Of a stretch of DNA of 64,000 nucleotides, positions 48,668 through 58,066 are shown one piece after another. Each line of letters begins with the position of its first letter. The stretch's first letter is position 1. Origin of the DNA: an uncultured delta proteobacterium. GTDB taxonomy: Bacteria; Desulfobacterota; Binatia; JACPRU01. A program made the translations under genes and the position numbers. Location: contig CAVUWD010000020.1 in assembly GCA_963745025.1 (NCBI GenBank), forward strand, positions 64,001-128,000. Reading direction: 5' to 3'. Under the pieces are notes generated by a model, which was not told the DNA's origin, did not search any database, and saw only the letters and a list, made by a program, of their open reading frames with translations.

Positions 48668-50860
48668 TCAGAGAGCTTCCAGTCTCGCGACTGCTACCGC
48701 GAGCTTGCGGATTCCAAAACCGCCGAACATGACGGTAACCTTCTCGCGCTCGCCGTTGCCTTCGGTGGCGCGTACGATCCCTTCGCCGAGCGTCGGGTGA
48801 CGCACACGCGTGCCGACCGGGAACGACGGCCGTGCCAGCGCTGCGAGCTTGATCGGTCGGGAACCCACGGCGACTTGCGATTCGCTGTAGTCGATCACTC
48901 GCTCGCGCGGCTCATGCGCGGCGTCGTCCTCGGTGCGATCGGTGAGCCGCTCCGCAAAACCCGGCCCGCGAAGCTCGAGAAGCTCGGCCGGGATTTCGCG
49001 TAGGAAGCGTGACGGAGGATTCTCGGTCTCCGCGCCGAAGAGATGCCGCCGGCGTGCCCGCGACAGGTAGAGCTGCTCACGGGCACGGGTCATGCCGACG
49101 TAGCAGAGGCGGCGCTCCTCCTCGACGGCATCCCTCTCCATCAGCGAGCGGCGATGTGGAAAAATTCCTTCTTCCATGCCGACGAGGAATACGACGGGAA
49201 ACTCAAGCCCCTTGGAGGTGTGCAGGGTCATGAGCGTGATGCGATCGTGATCGTCGCTCAACGCATCGGCATCCGCCACCAGTGCGGCTTGTTCGAGAAA
49301 CTCGACGAGTCCCTGGCCTTCCCGATCGGCTTCTTGAGCGACCGTCACGAACTCCCGCAGATCCTCGAGCCGCGATTCCGAGTCGCCGTTCGCCCGCGCG
49401 CGCAGCGTCTCCAGGTAGCGGGTGAGACGGAAGATCTCCTCGACGAGGGCGCCGATCGGGTCTGCCGCTCGCGCGCGAAGCTCCGCAAGCATCTTCGCGA
49501 AGCCAAGAATCTTCCCGCGCACCGCCGTCGGTAGCGCTTCCGGGGGCTCGGCGAGCGTCTCGTCGAGCGAGACATCGCGAGCGCGTGCGGCGGCGACGAG
49601 CTTTTCGAGCGTCGAGGCGCCGATCCCCCGGGCCGGGACGTTGAGAATGCGCTGTAAGCTCCACTCGTCGTCGCGATTGGCGACGACGCGCAAGTACGCG
49701 AGGATATCCTTGATCTCCTTGCGCTCGTAGAACTTGACACCGCCGACCAACGAATACGCGATGCCGGCACGCAAGCATTCCTCCTCGAAGACCCGCGATT
49801 GCGCGTTGGTGCGGTAGAAGACCACGAAGTCGCCGAGCGGTCGCTGGCGCGAGCCCCGAGCGATCTCCTGCACGACGAAGCGCGCTTCGGCCCGCTCATC
49901 GGCTGCGTGATGGAGGATCGCGCGAGAACCGCGCGGGTTCTCGGTCCAGAGCGTCTTTCCCCTCCGGCTCCGATTGTTGCGGATGACCGCGCCCGCCGCG
50001 GCGAGGATGCTTTGGGTGGAGCGGTAGTTCTGTTCGAGTCGGATCACCGTGGCTTCGGGATAATCCTTCTCGAACTCGAGGATGTTGCGGATGTCGGCGC
50101 CCCGCCACCCGTAGATCGATTGATCCTCGTCGCCGACCGCGCTCAAGTTGCGGTGCGCGCCGGCGAGTGCGTGAAGCCACTGGTACTGGGCACGGTTCGT
50201 GTCCTGATACTCGTCGACGAGCAGGTAGCGAAACCCCTGCTGGTAGCGGCGAGCGACGTCCGGGACGCGCTCGAAGAGCGTGAGCGCGAGCAGCAGAAGA
50301 TCGCCGAAATCGACCGCGTTGTTGCGGACGAGCGCCGCCTGATAGAGCGCATAGGCCTCGGCGGCCGCTGCGTCCGTGGACGTCGCGGCGGCGGCGAGCA
50401 GTCGGTCCGGAGTGAGCGCCTCGTTCTTCGCCTGATCGATGCGGGCGAGCAGCGCTTGCGGCGTGACGGGGAAGGATCGGCCTTCGATCGCGGCGGTCAG
50501 CACGCCGAGTTGATCGTGGTCGTCGTAAACGACGAAGGAGGGCTGATAGCCGAGGCCGAGCGTCTCGATGTGTCGCCGCAGCAGGCGAGACGAGATCGAA
50601 TGAAACGTGCCGATCCAGAGCTCTGCGGCGCCCGTTCCGATCAACCGTTCGATGCGCTCGCGCACCTCGCGCGCCGCTTTGTTGGTGAACGTGACGGCGA
50701 GCAGCTCGTTGGGTCGAGCGCGGCCCGCACGAAGAAGGTGGGCGATACGGTGCGTGAGAACGCGCGTCTTGCCGCTTCCCGCGCCGGCGACCACCAGCAA
50801 CGGCCCTTCGCCGTGCTCCACGGCCTTCTGCTGCTCGGGGTTCAGCCCGCCATCCGCCAC
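48668..50860 (-). CDS. pcrA: ATP-dependent DNA helicase PcrA/UvrD
   Basis: AGAGSGKT, TFTNKAA, VDEYQD, LEQNYRS, TLHTSKGLEF, EERRL, C-terminal Tudor-like domain. Confidence 0.95.
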   Translation of the reverse strand: MADGGLNPEQQKAVEHGEGPLLVVAGAGSGKTRVLTHRIAHLLRAGRARPNELLAVTFTNKAAREVRERIERLIGTGAAELWIGTFHSISSRLLRRHIETLGLGYQPSFVVYDDHDQLGVLTAAIEGRSFPVTPQALLARIDQAKNEALTPDRLLAAAATSTDAAAAEAYALYQAALVRNNAVDFGDLLLLALTLFERVPDVARRYQQGFRYLLVDEYQDTNRAQYQWLHALAGAHRNLSAVGDEDQSIYGWRGADIRNILEFEKDYPEATVIRLEQNYRSTQSILAAAGAVIRNNRSRRGKTLWTENPRGSRAILHHAADERAEARFVVQEIARGSRQRPLGDFVVFYRTNAQSRVFEEECLRAGIAYSLVGGVKFYERKEIKDILAYLRVVANRDDEWSLQRILNVPARGIGASTLEKLVAAARARDVSLDETLAEPPEALPTAVRGKILGFAKMLAELRARAADPIGALVEEIFRLTRYLETLRARANGDSESRLEDLREFVTVAQEADREGQGLVEFLEQAALVADADALSDDHDRITLMTLHTSKGLEFPVVFLVGMEEGIFPHRRSLMERDAVEEERRLCYVGMTRAREQLYLSRARRRHLFGAETENPPSRFLREIPAELLELRGPGFAERLTDRTEDDAAHEPRERVIDYSESQVAVGSRPIKLAALARPSFPVGTRVRHPTLGEGIVRATEGNGEREKVTVMFGGFGIRKLAVAVARLEAL

Positions 50861-50923
50861 ACGCTTCCTCGATCCGCCCGAGCCTTCTCTTTGATGCAAT
50901 TCAAAGCGACAGGCAATACGGTC

Positions 50924-50964
50924 AAAAAAAGAGGGCTGCGAGACGGAATGACCTCGCAGCCCTC
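50924..50964 (-). terminator. Rho-independent terminator of the 50991-51377 gene
   Basis: gagggctgcgag / ctcgcagccctc 12-bp stem, with A7 on the + strand giving a U-tail on the - strand. Confidence 0.85.
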
Positions 50965-50990
50965 GTACAGTCGGAGAGGTGACGATCGCT

Positions 50991-51377
50991 TCAGACGGCG
51001 ATGCGGTTGTCCTCCTCGGCGTTTGCCGTCTGCGTGGATACGCGGCCACCGGCCAGGCGGGCACGCTGACGCCATTCCTGAAGCCCGCGCCGCAGATAGT
51101 CTGCGTTCAGCTCGAGCGTGTGGCAGATGTTCTCGTACGCAAAGACCCAGGAATTATCCGACGAGAAGAGCCATTCCTCCGCTTCGGAGAAGAGCTCGCG
51201 ACCGCGCGATTCGCGCGAGAACGCAAACTTCTGATAGCAATCGACCGCGTCCTCGAGCACCGCCAGCATCAACCGCTTCTCGCCACGAGTTGCCGAGCCG
51301 CGACCACGAAAATGTGCGAAGAATTGTGACGGCAGCAGCGTATCCGGCTCGAAAAGACTGACCACAGACTGACGCAT
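50991..51377 (-). CDS. Conserved hypothetical protein (EKRLMLAVLEDA family), paralog 1
   Basis: GAGGAGGAG RBS, own terminator; EPD.LLP.QFF...W...F..IC..L.L motif shared with its neighbour. Confidence 0.85.
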   Translation of the reverse strand: MRQSVVSLFEPDTLLPSQFFAHFRGRGSATRGEKRLMLAVLEDAVDCYQKFAFSRESRGRELFSEAEEWLFSSDNSWVFAYENICHTLELNADYLRRGLQEWRQRARLAGGRVSTQTANAEEDNRIAV

Positions 51378-51838
51378 TTACGCTCCTCCTCAGTTACAGC
51401 TACCCGCACCCTGCCCCTGGATTCGGCTGCGAGTTCAGGGCTTAGAACCAGTGGCGCACAATATGCCGGGCGCGCGTCAGAAAGCTAATGAAAAACTCTT
51501 TTTTGTATTATTAGCTTCTCTTATCGCGGCGCGTCAAAAATGGTGCGAGTCGAGAACGCGACGGAGCTCGCCGAAGCCGATTCTCGGGTATCGACGTAGG
51601 ATATTCCGATTCGCTAAGACTTCCGAAGAGTTATTCCACGGTCACACCGCCGGGCACGCCCGCGGCGCCGGCCCCGGGACGCGCTCTGGCGCGCCAATTC
51701 GTTTGGCGTCCAGGGGCCTCGCGGCTCCGATGAATCCCTCCGTCGACGTATCCGAAGCGCAACTGCGAGGCGGTTCACGCTCCGGCGAAACGAGTTCCAC
51801 CGCAAAGGCCGCACGCGGTGGCAGGAAGAGGCGGACAG

Positions 51839-52201
51839 CTACGCGGCACGCGAGGTAGTCGCCAAGCTTCGCTGCCGATCCCGCCAAGCGAATAGCGAGC
51901 GCCTCACCTTTGTCGGATTCAGCTGGAAGAGCTCGCAGAGCCGATCGAAGGAGAATATGGATTCTTGACCCGTAATCTCGATCCACTCCATAGTCTCGAC
52001 GTACGCCTCGCTCCGCTCACGACCCAGCATCACTTCCTTGCGAAAGGTCTCGATACCGTCGCTGAACACGGTCCACAAAAGTGAGAGCTCGCCGGACCAG
52101 TTTGGCTGTTGCTCGGAGAAGAACTGCTCTGGGAGGATGAAGTCCGGTTCCAGATTCGCGAAAGCTGTCGGATCCATGGGTTCAGGTAAGCGTTGTGCCA
52201 T
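51839..52201 (-). CDS. Conserved hypothetical protein, paralog 2
   Basis: GGAGG RBS; EPDFILPEQFF...EW...FSFDRLCELFQLN..VRRSL..WR aligns with paralog 1. Confidence 0.8.
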   Translation of the reverse strand: MAQRLPEPMDPTAFANLEPDFILPEQFFSEQQPNWSGELSLLWTVFSDGIETFRKEVMLGRERSEAYVETMEWIEITGQESIFSFDRLCELFQLNPTKVRRSLFAWRDRQRSLATTSRAA

Positions 52202-52239
52202 TTTTTCATTCCCTCCAGAATGACGATGGCACGTCTTAA

Positions 52240-52256
52240 AGCAATTACTTTGCCAA
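52240..52256 (-). promoter_or_regulatory. Sigma54 (-24/-12) promoter
   Basis: TTGGCAAAGTAATTGCT = GG-N10-GC, about 40 nt upstream of the paralog 2 ATG, below an AT-rich region. Confidence 0.75.
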
Positions 52257-52461
52257 CTTTCGTGCAAGTCAAAATTTGGCTATTCTCTGATATGGATCTA
52301 TGGCTTAGCCAAATATTGATACTACGATTTATGAATCCATTAAGATACGATGATACAAGACTTTAACATTAGTGGCCAATAATTGTCAGTTCAAGGCGGC
52401 CACTTTAGTTCACTCCCGGAAAATATGCGGATGAAACCCGTATAGCCAGGTTCGTTTTCGG

Positions 52462-52850
52462 TCACTGATAGCAAGCCGTTCTTCGATGCGTCGATCGATA
52501 TGGTCTCGACGTATCCACCATCAGAAACGCTTCATCAGGCTCTTCGAAATCGTCGATCAGGATGCGAAGCTCCAGAACCATCAGGTCATCGGCGCGGGAC
52601 AAGAACGGCACATGCTCCCGAACAGTGACCAGAACCGACGGTAGCTCGCCACGCGTTTGCCCCCGAAGGACGGCTCGATCCAGCGGCCGAGGCCGTACCC
52701 GAGCACGCCGAAGGCGGTGCGGCCAACGTTTGATCCGGCGGCGAGAAGAATTGCCGAGCGCGTGCGAAGTGCCTCGGTTGCGCCCGGGGTCTGCGTTGAT
52801 CGAAAACGTGTCGTTCGGCCCCGCTCGAAGGCTAGGGCGTCGACGCTCAT
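52462..52850 (-). CDS. Possible hypothetical protein (frameshifted or degenerate)
   Basis: Two overlapping ORF pieces (MSVDALAFE... and ...DDLMVLELRILIDDFEEP) look protein-like; no family recognised. Confidence 0.3.
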
Positions 52851-52925
52851 ACGAGAGAGGACTGTTGCGAGTCGTGACGACGATGTCTAGTGTTAGCATT
52901 GCCGTTGCCGTCCGCCGCAAGTCCC

Positions 52926-54524
52926 ATGCTCTACGAAGACCGCGTCGCCCAGTTTCGCTGGCAGATTCCCGAGGACTTCAATTTCGCGTGGGATGTCATC
53001 GACGCCTACGCGCAGGATCGTAGCCGGTTGGCGCTCGTCTGGGAAAACGAGGCCGGCGACGAGGCGCGGTACACGTTCTGGGATTTCTCCGAGCGGAGCC
53101 GCCGATTCGCCAACGTGCTTCTCGGTCTCGGCGTCTGCCGCGGCGATCCGGTGATGATCATGCTGCCGCGCATTCCCGAGTGGCAGACGGTGTTCCTCGG
53201 CGTGCTCCGCATCGGCGCCCTGGCGATTCCCTGCACCTCCCAGCTTCGCGCCAAAGACATCGTCTACAGGGCAAACCACAGCGAGGCAAAGGCGATCGTA
53301 ACGACCGCGGAGAACTGCGAGCTCGTTGAGAGCGCGCTCGCCGAGTGTCCCTCCCTCGACGCGAGGATTGCGGCGGGCGGACCGCGGCCGGGCTGGACGA
53401 ACTTTCAAGAGGCGATGCGGGACGCCCCGCGCTCGCTCGAGCGCGTGCGCACACGCTCGAGTGAGCCGGCGATCTGCTTTTACACATCGGGCACGACGAA
53501 GGAGCCGAAGGCCGTCCTGCACGCTCATTCATACACGCTTGCCCACCGCGTGACCGGCGAGGCGTGGCTCGACCTCCGCCGCACCGACCTGCACTGGACG
53601 ACGTCCGACACCGGCTGGGCGAAGGCGGCTTGGGGTGTGCTCTTCGGTCCGTGGAACCTCGGCGTGCCGGTCCTCATGTACAACGGCCGGTTCGAGCCCA
53701 AGAAGGAGCTCCAGCTTCTGGAAAAGCATCAGGTGACCACGTTCTGCGCCCCGCCCACAGAATATCGAATGCTCGTCAAGGAGGATCTCGCGCGGTTCGA
53801 TCTCCCGAAGCTGAGACACTGTACGGGGGCCGGGGAGCCGCTCAATCCCGAAGTCATCGATCAATGGAAGAAGGCTTACGGCTTGACCATACACGACGGC
53901 TACGGGCAGAGCGAAACCGTGCTCCTGGTCGGTAACCTCGCCGGCTTGCCGGTTCGGCCAGGCTCGATGGGCAAGCCCGCACCCGGCCACGATGTCCGCG
54001 TCATCGACGAAGCTGGCAGAGAAGCGCCGGTCGGTGAGGTCGGCGAAGTGGCATTGCGGGGACGAACGCCGTCTCTTTTTCTGGAATACTGGAAAAATCC
54101 TGGCGAGAGCGAGGCGTGCTGGCGGGGGGATTTTTATCTGACCGGAGATCGCGCGTACCGCGACGAGCAGGGATACTTCTGGTTCGTCGGTCGCGGCGAC
54201 GACGTGATCATTTCCGCTGGCTATCGCATCGGCCCGTTCGAGGTCGAGAGCGCGCTTCTCACCCATCCTGCCGTTCTAGAGTCCGCGGTCGTGGCGAGCC
54301 CGGACCCCGTTCGCGGCAGCATCGTCAAGGCGTTCATCAAGCTGAGACCGCAGCACGTCGGCTCCGAAGACCTGCAGAAACAAATTCAAGACCACGTGAA
54401 GCGCATCACGGCGCCCTACAAGTATCCACGAGAGATCGAGTTCGTCGACGATCTGCCGAAGACGGTGAGTGGGAAGATCCGCCGTGTCGAACTGCGTAAA
54501 CGCGAGGAAGACCGCAAACGTTGA
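52926..54524 (+). CDS. Acyl-CoA synthetase (medium-chain ACSM-like)
   Basis: FNFAWDV, YTSGTTKEPK, SDTGWAK, YGQSE, GYRIGPFEVES, PKTVSGKI. Confidence 0.93.
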   Translation: MLYEDRVAQFRWQIPEDFNFAWDVIDAYAQDRSRLALVWENEAGDEARYTFWDFSERSRRFANVLLGLGVCRGDPVMIMLPRIPEWQTVFLGVLRIGALAIPCTSQLRAKDIVYRANHSEAKAIVTTAENCELVESALAECPSLDARIAAGGPRPGWTNFQEAMRDAPRSLERVRTRSSEPAICFYTSGTTKEPKAVLHAHSYTLAHRVTGEAWLDLRRTDLHWTTSDTGWAKAAWGVLFGPWNLGVPVLMYNGRFEPKKELQLLEKHQVTTFCAPPTEYRMLVKEDLARFDLPKLRHCTGAGEPLNPEVIDQWKKAYGLTIHDGYGQSETVLLVGNLAGLPVRPGSMGKPAPGHDVRVIDEAGREAPVGEVGEVALRGRTPSLFLEYWKNPGESEACWRGDFYLTGDRAYRDEQGYFWFVGRGDDVIISAGYRIGPFEVESALLTHPAVLESAVVASPDPVRGSIVKAFIKLRPQHVGSEDLQKQIQDHVKRITAPYKYPREIEFVDDLPKTVSGKIRRVELRKREEDRKR

Positions 54525-54541
54525 TTCGGTGGTGGGCTTCC

Positions 54542-54570
54542 TTGACACGTCCCGGAGTTGGACGTAAATT
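54542..54570 (+). promoter_or_regulatory. Sigma70 promoter upstream of the rpoD-like gene
   Basis: TTGACA-N17-TAAATT. Confidence 0.7.
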
Positions 54571-54688
54571 GGCTTTTCAAGCGACGTCCGATTCTTCCGC
54601 CGAGGGATCCACTCTCTGACGCTTCACCGTTCATCGCGGCTGCAACTCGCGCGAAGCGCTTCGTGTCCCCGTCCTTAAAGTAGGATTC

Positions 54689-56536
54689 ATGGCGAAACAG
54701 GCTCCCTCCCGCGGCGTCACGGCTTCGCCTCCAGCGAAGGGACAACCGCAGACGAAGGCTCACCCGTCTGCCGCCGGCACCGACCGCAAGCAGGATCCGA
54801 AGAAGATCCGTAAGCTCATCGATCTCGGCAAAGAACGCGGTTATCTGACCTATACGGAAGTGAACGAGGCGGTTCCGCGCGAAGGCTCAACGCCCGAAGA
54901 GCTCGACAGCGTGATGTCGATGCTCGGTGACATGGACATCGAAGTCGTCGAATCGATGGACGAGGAGGGATTCGCGCCGGAGGCCGAGGCCGAAGCGGAA
55001 CCGGCCGAGCCCGAAGTCGAAACCCCGGAGCCCGAGGAGCGCTCGTTCGGCGACACCTCCGATCCGGTGCGCATGTACCTCCAGGAGATGGGAGGCGTGC
55101 CACTGCTTTCCCGCGAGGAAGAGGTGGCGATCGCTAAGACGATCGAGGCGGGCAAGATGCAGGTGGCCGACGAGGTCTTCTCGGTGCCGCTCGCGCTGCA
55201 TTACGTGATGACGATGGCCGAGAAGCTGAAGAGCGGCGAGGTGGAGGCGCGACAGGTCTTGTTCGAAGAAGACGATGAGGTCGATTCGCCGGAGAAAGAG
55301 GAGCGTCGCGTGCAGGCATTCCTCAAGGCCGTCGGGCCGCTCAAGCGCTACGCGGCGGAGCGCGCGAAAGTCTCGGGCGGAACGAAGAAGGCCAGCACGA
55401 AGGACGTCGTCAAGCGAGAGAGGAAGCTCCACGGGCTCCAGGAAAGGATCAAATCCGGTCTCGTGGCCCTCGATCTCGGCGAACGGCACATTTCGGCCAT
55501 CGTCGACAAGCTTAAGGAAGCGACGGACCTGATCCGCAACCACGAACAGACCGTCCGCGGGCTCGAGGCGCGCTCCGGCAAGCCCGTCGCGGAGCTACTC
55601 CGCGCCAGCGCACGACTGCGAAACGGAGCCAAGAAGTCGAGTCGGTCTGTAGCGAGCGCCTTCAAGATGCCCGCCGAGGAGATCCAACGTGTCGCCGATG
55701 TGGTGCGCAAGGGAAAGAAGCGGGTGGGAGAGGTCGAGACCGAGATCGGTATGTCGCGCGATGCGATGTTCCGGTCGCTGCGCCGTATTCTCGAGGGCGA
55801 ATACAACGCTCAGGAGGGCAAGCGCCGGCTCATCGAGGCGAACCTCCGTCTGGTGGTGTCGATCGCCAAGCGCTACACGAACCGGGGTCTTGGGTTCCTA
55901 GATCTGATCCAGGAAGGCAACATCGGCTTGATGCGCGCGGTCGATAAGTTCGAGTATCAGCGGGGCTACAAGTTCTCCACGTATGCCACGTGGTGGATCC
56001 GCCAGTCGGTCTCGCGGGCGATTGCCGACCAAGCGCGTACGATCCGTATCCCCGTTCACATGATCGAGACGATCAACAAAGTGCTGCGCACTTCGCGCTA
56101 TCTCGTCCAGCAGCTCGGGCGCGAACCCACCCCCGACGAGATCGCCAAGCAGATGGAGATGCCGGCCGACAAGATCCGCAAGGTCTTGAAGATCGTCAAA
56201 GAGCCCGTTTCGCTGGAGACGCCGATCGGCGACGACGAAGAGTCGAGCCTCGGCGATTTCGTGGAAGACCGTCAGAGCCTCTCTCCCGCCGATGCCGCCA
56301 TGTATTTGAACCTCGAAGAGCAGACTCGCAAGGTGCTCGCGACATTGACCCCACGCGAGGAGCAGATTCTGCGCATGAGGTTCGGCATCGGCGAGAAGAC
56401 CGACTACACGCTCGAAGAAGTAGGGCAACGATTCGCCGTCACCCGCGAGCGCATCCGACAAATCGAGGCGAAGGCATTGCGGAAGCTCCGCAACCCCTCG
56501 CGTGTGAAGTCTCTCGAGGCGTTCGTCCAGAACTGA
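54689..56536 (+). CDS. rpoD: RNA polymerase sigma factor, RpoD type (regions 1.1-4)
   Basis: [51 protein letters not shown]. Confidence 0.93.
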   Translation: MAKQAPSRGVTASPPAKGQPQTKAHPSAAGTDRKQDPKKIRKLIDLGKERGYLTYTEVNEAVPREGSTPEELDSVMSMLGDMDIEVVESMDEEGFAPEAEAEAEPAEPEVETPEPEERSFGDTSDPVRMYLQEMGGVPLLSREEEVAIAKTIEAGKMQVADEVFSVPLALHYVMTMAEKLKSGEVEARQVLFEEDDEVDSPEKEERRVQAFLKAVGPLKRYAAERAKVSGGTKKASTKDVVKRERKLHGLQERIKSGLVALDLGERHISAIVDKLKEATDLIRNHEQTVRGLEARSGKPVAELLRASARLRNGAKKSSRSVASAFKMPAEEIQRVADVVRKGKKRVGEVETEIGMSRDAMFRSLRRILEGEYNAQEGKRRLIEANLRLVVSIAKRYTNRGLGFLDLIQEGNIGLMRAVDKFEYQRGYKFSTYATWWIRQSVSRAIADQARTIRIPVHMIETINKVLRTSRYLVQQLGREPTPDEIAKQMEMPADKIRKVLKIVKEPVSLETPIGDDEESSLGDFVEDRQSLSPADAAMYLNLEEQTRKVLATLTPREEQILRMRFGIGEKTDYTLEEVGQRFAVTRERIRQIEAKALRKLRNPSRVKSLEAFVQN

Positions 56537-56609
56537 CTCGCCGATTCGAGCGCGACTTACGGTCGCGCGGCAGAAGCCGACTCAAGCCTGCAAAGGAGGT
56601 CCGATTAGG

Positions 56610-56780
56610 ATGCTCAAAGATCTCGAAAAGGAGCTGAAGCGCTGGCGTGAGAAACGGGCGCAAAAGCCGGTGGCGAGATCGCGGGAAACCGCGCTACCAT
56701 CCGCTGCCGACCGCCGTACCGTCCGCGTCAACGGCCAGGAAGTCGTGGTCGTCAAGCGGGGTCGTAAAGCTCTCGCCTAA
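56610..56780 (+). CDS. Small basic hypothetical protein (56 aa), below the ORF-track cutoff
   Basis: AAAGGAGGT RBS; MLKDLEKELKRWREKRAQKPVARSRETALPSAADRRTVRVNGQEVVVVKRGRKALA*. Confidence 0.7.
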   Translation: MLKDLEKELKRWREKRAQKPVARSRETALPSAADRRTVRVNGQEVVVVKRGRKALA

Positions 56781-56797
56781 GTCACCTCTCTCCGCAC

Positions 56798-57940
56798 TCA
56801 AAGACTGAGCTGCTGAGCAACCGCTTCGCGATGAAGCGGTGCGGAACCGAACGTCACCTCGTTCGCGAGAGCGCGACGATAGTAGAGATGGATGTCGTGC
56901 TCCCAGGTGAAGCCGATGCCCCCGTGGACCTGAATGGCATCACCGGTGACGTTCTTGCCCATGTCGCTCGTGTACGCCTTGGCCATCGCCACGGCCTTCG
57001 CGCATTCGCGGTTGCGCGCGTCCACCGCCCATGTCGCGTAATAGCTGAGCGATCGGGCGTTCTCGATGGCGACCATCATGTCGACGCACTTGTGTTTGAC
57101 GGCCTGAAAGCTACCGATCGGCTTTCCGAACTGCATTCGCTCGCGCGCATATTGGAGCGACAGCTCCAGCGCGCGCTGCGCCGCCCCGACGGTCTCGACG
57201 CAAAGCGCCGCGGTGCCGATTTGAAGAGCGCGCAAGAGAATTGGCCAACCCTGGTCTACCCGCCCGAGCACCCGCTCGGCCGGTACGCGGACACGATCGA
57301 AGGTGAGATTCGCCTGCCTGCGTGTCTTGTCGACCGTTGCCAGCGGGGTAATGGAAAGTCCGGGAGCGCCGCGCTCGACGAGAAACAGCGTGATGCCGTG
57401 TCGCGGGCGTTTCTTCGCCGAGGCCGTCCGCGCGGCCACGACAATCCAGTCGGCGACCGCTGCATCGAAGACGAAGAGCTTCTCGCCGCGCAGCACATAG
57501 TCGCTTCCCTTGCGTTTGGCCTCGAACTCGATCTCCGCCGCGTCGTGCGAGACCGGGTCCTCGACAAAGGCGAGCGTCAGCACAGCGGAGCCTTCGGCGA
57601 TTCGCGGCAGTACTTCCTTCTTCTGCGCGGCGGATCCGCCAGCGCCGACGGCGACACCGCCCAGCAGCACCGTTGCGAGGAACGGACCGGGAAGGAGCGC
57701 CTTGCCCATCTCCTCGACGATCACGCTCGCGTCGAGAAGACTTCCGCCCATACCGCCGAGGCTTTGAGGGATTAGCAGACCGAGCCAGCCGAGATCTGCG
57801 AGCTTCTTCCAGAGCTCGGCCGAGTGAGCGGTCTCGTGATCCATCATCTTGCGAACGAACGCGGTTGGGCACTCGGCCTCGAGGAATTTGCGAGCGCTCT
57901 CGCGCGACATTTCCTGTTCCTCGGTGAATCCGAAGTTCAT
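56798..57940 (-). CDS. Acyl-CoA dehydrogenase
   Basis: MNFGFTEEQ, LRGEKLFV, RMQFGKPIGSFQAVKH, QVHGGIGFTWEHD. Confidence 0.93.
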   Translation of the reverse strand: MNFGFTEEQEMSRESARKFLEAECPTAFVRKMMDHETAHSAELWKKLADLGWLGLLIPQSLGGMGGSLLDASVIVEEMGKALLPGPFLATVLLGGVAVGAGGSAAQKKEVLPRIAEGSAVLTLAFVEDPVSHDAAEIEFEAKRKGSDYVLRGEKLFVFDAAVADWIVVAARTASAKKRPRHGITLFLVERGAPGLSITPLATVDKTRRQANLTFDRVRVPAERVLGRVDQGWPILLRALQIGTAALCVETVGAAQRALELSLQYARERMQFGKPIGSFQAVKHKCVDMMVAIENARSLSYYATWAVDARNRECAKAVAMAKAYTSDMGKNVTGDAIQVHGGIGFTWEHDIHLYYRRALANEVTFGSAPLHREAVAQQLSL

Positions 57941-58066
57941 GGCGTCCTCGCATATGACCGTCGACCCCGCAGGGTCAAGGTTGCCCGAGGGAGCGGGAAT
58001 GCTTACCCGGCGACGACTTCTAGGGTATAGAACCGCCGCGCAGCGGTTTTCGTCCCGTCTCCGACG

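Noticed and set aside
48668-52201. UvrD plus small ORFs as an anti-phage defence system
   Set aside because: The helicase is a canonical housekeeping PcrA/UvrD, separated from the small genes by a terminator; no nuclease or OLD-family partner
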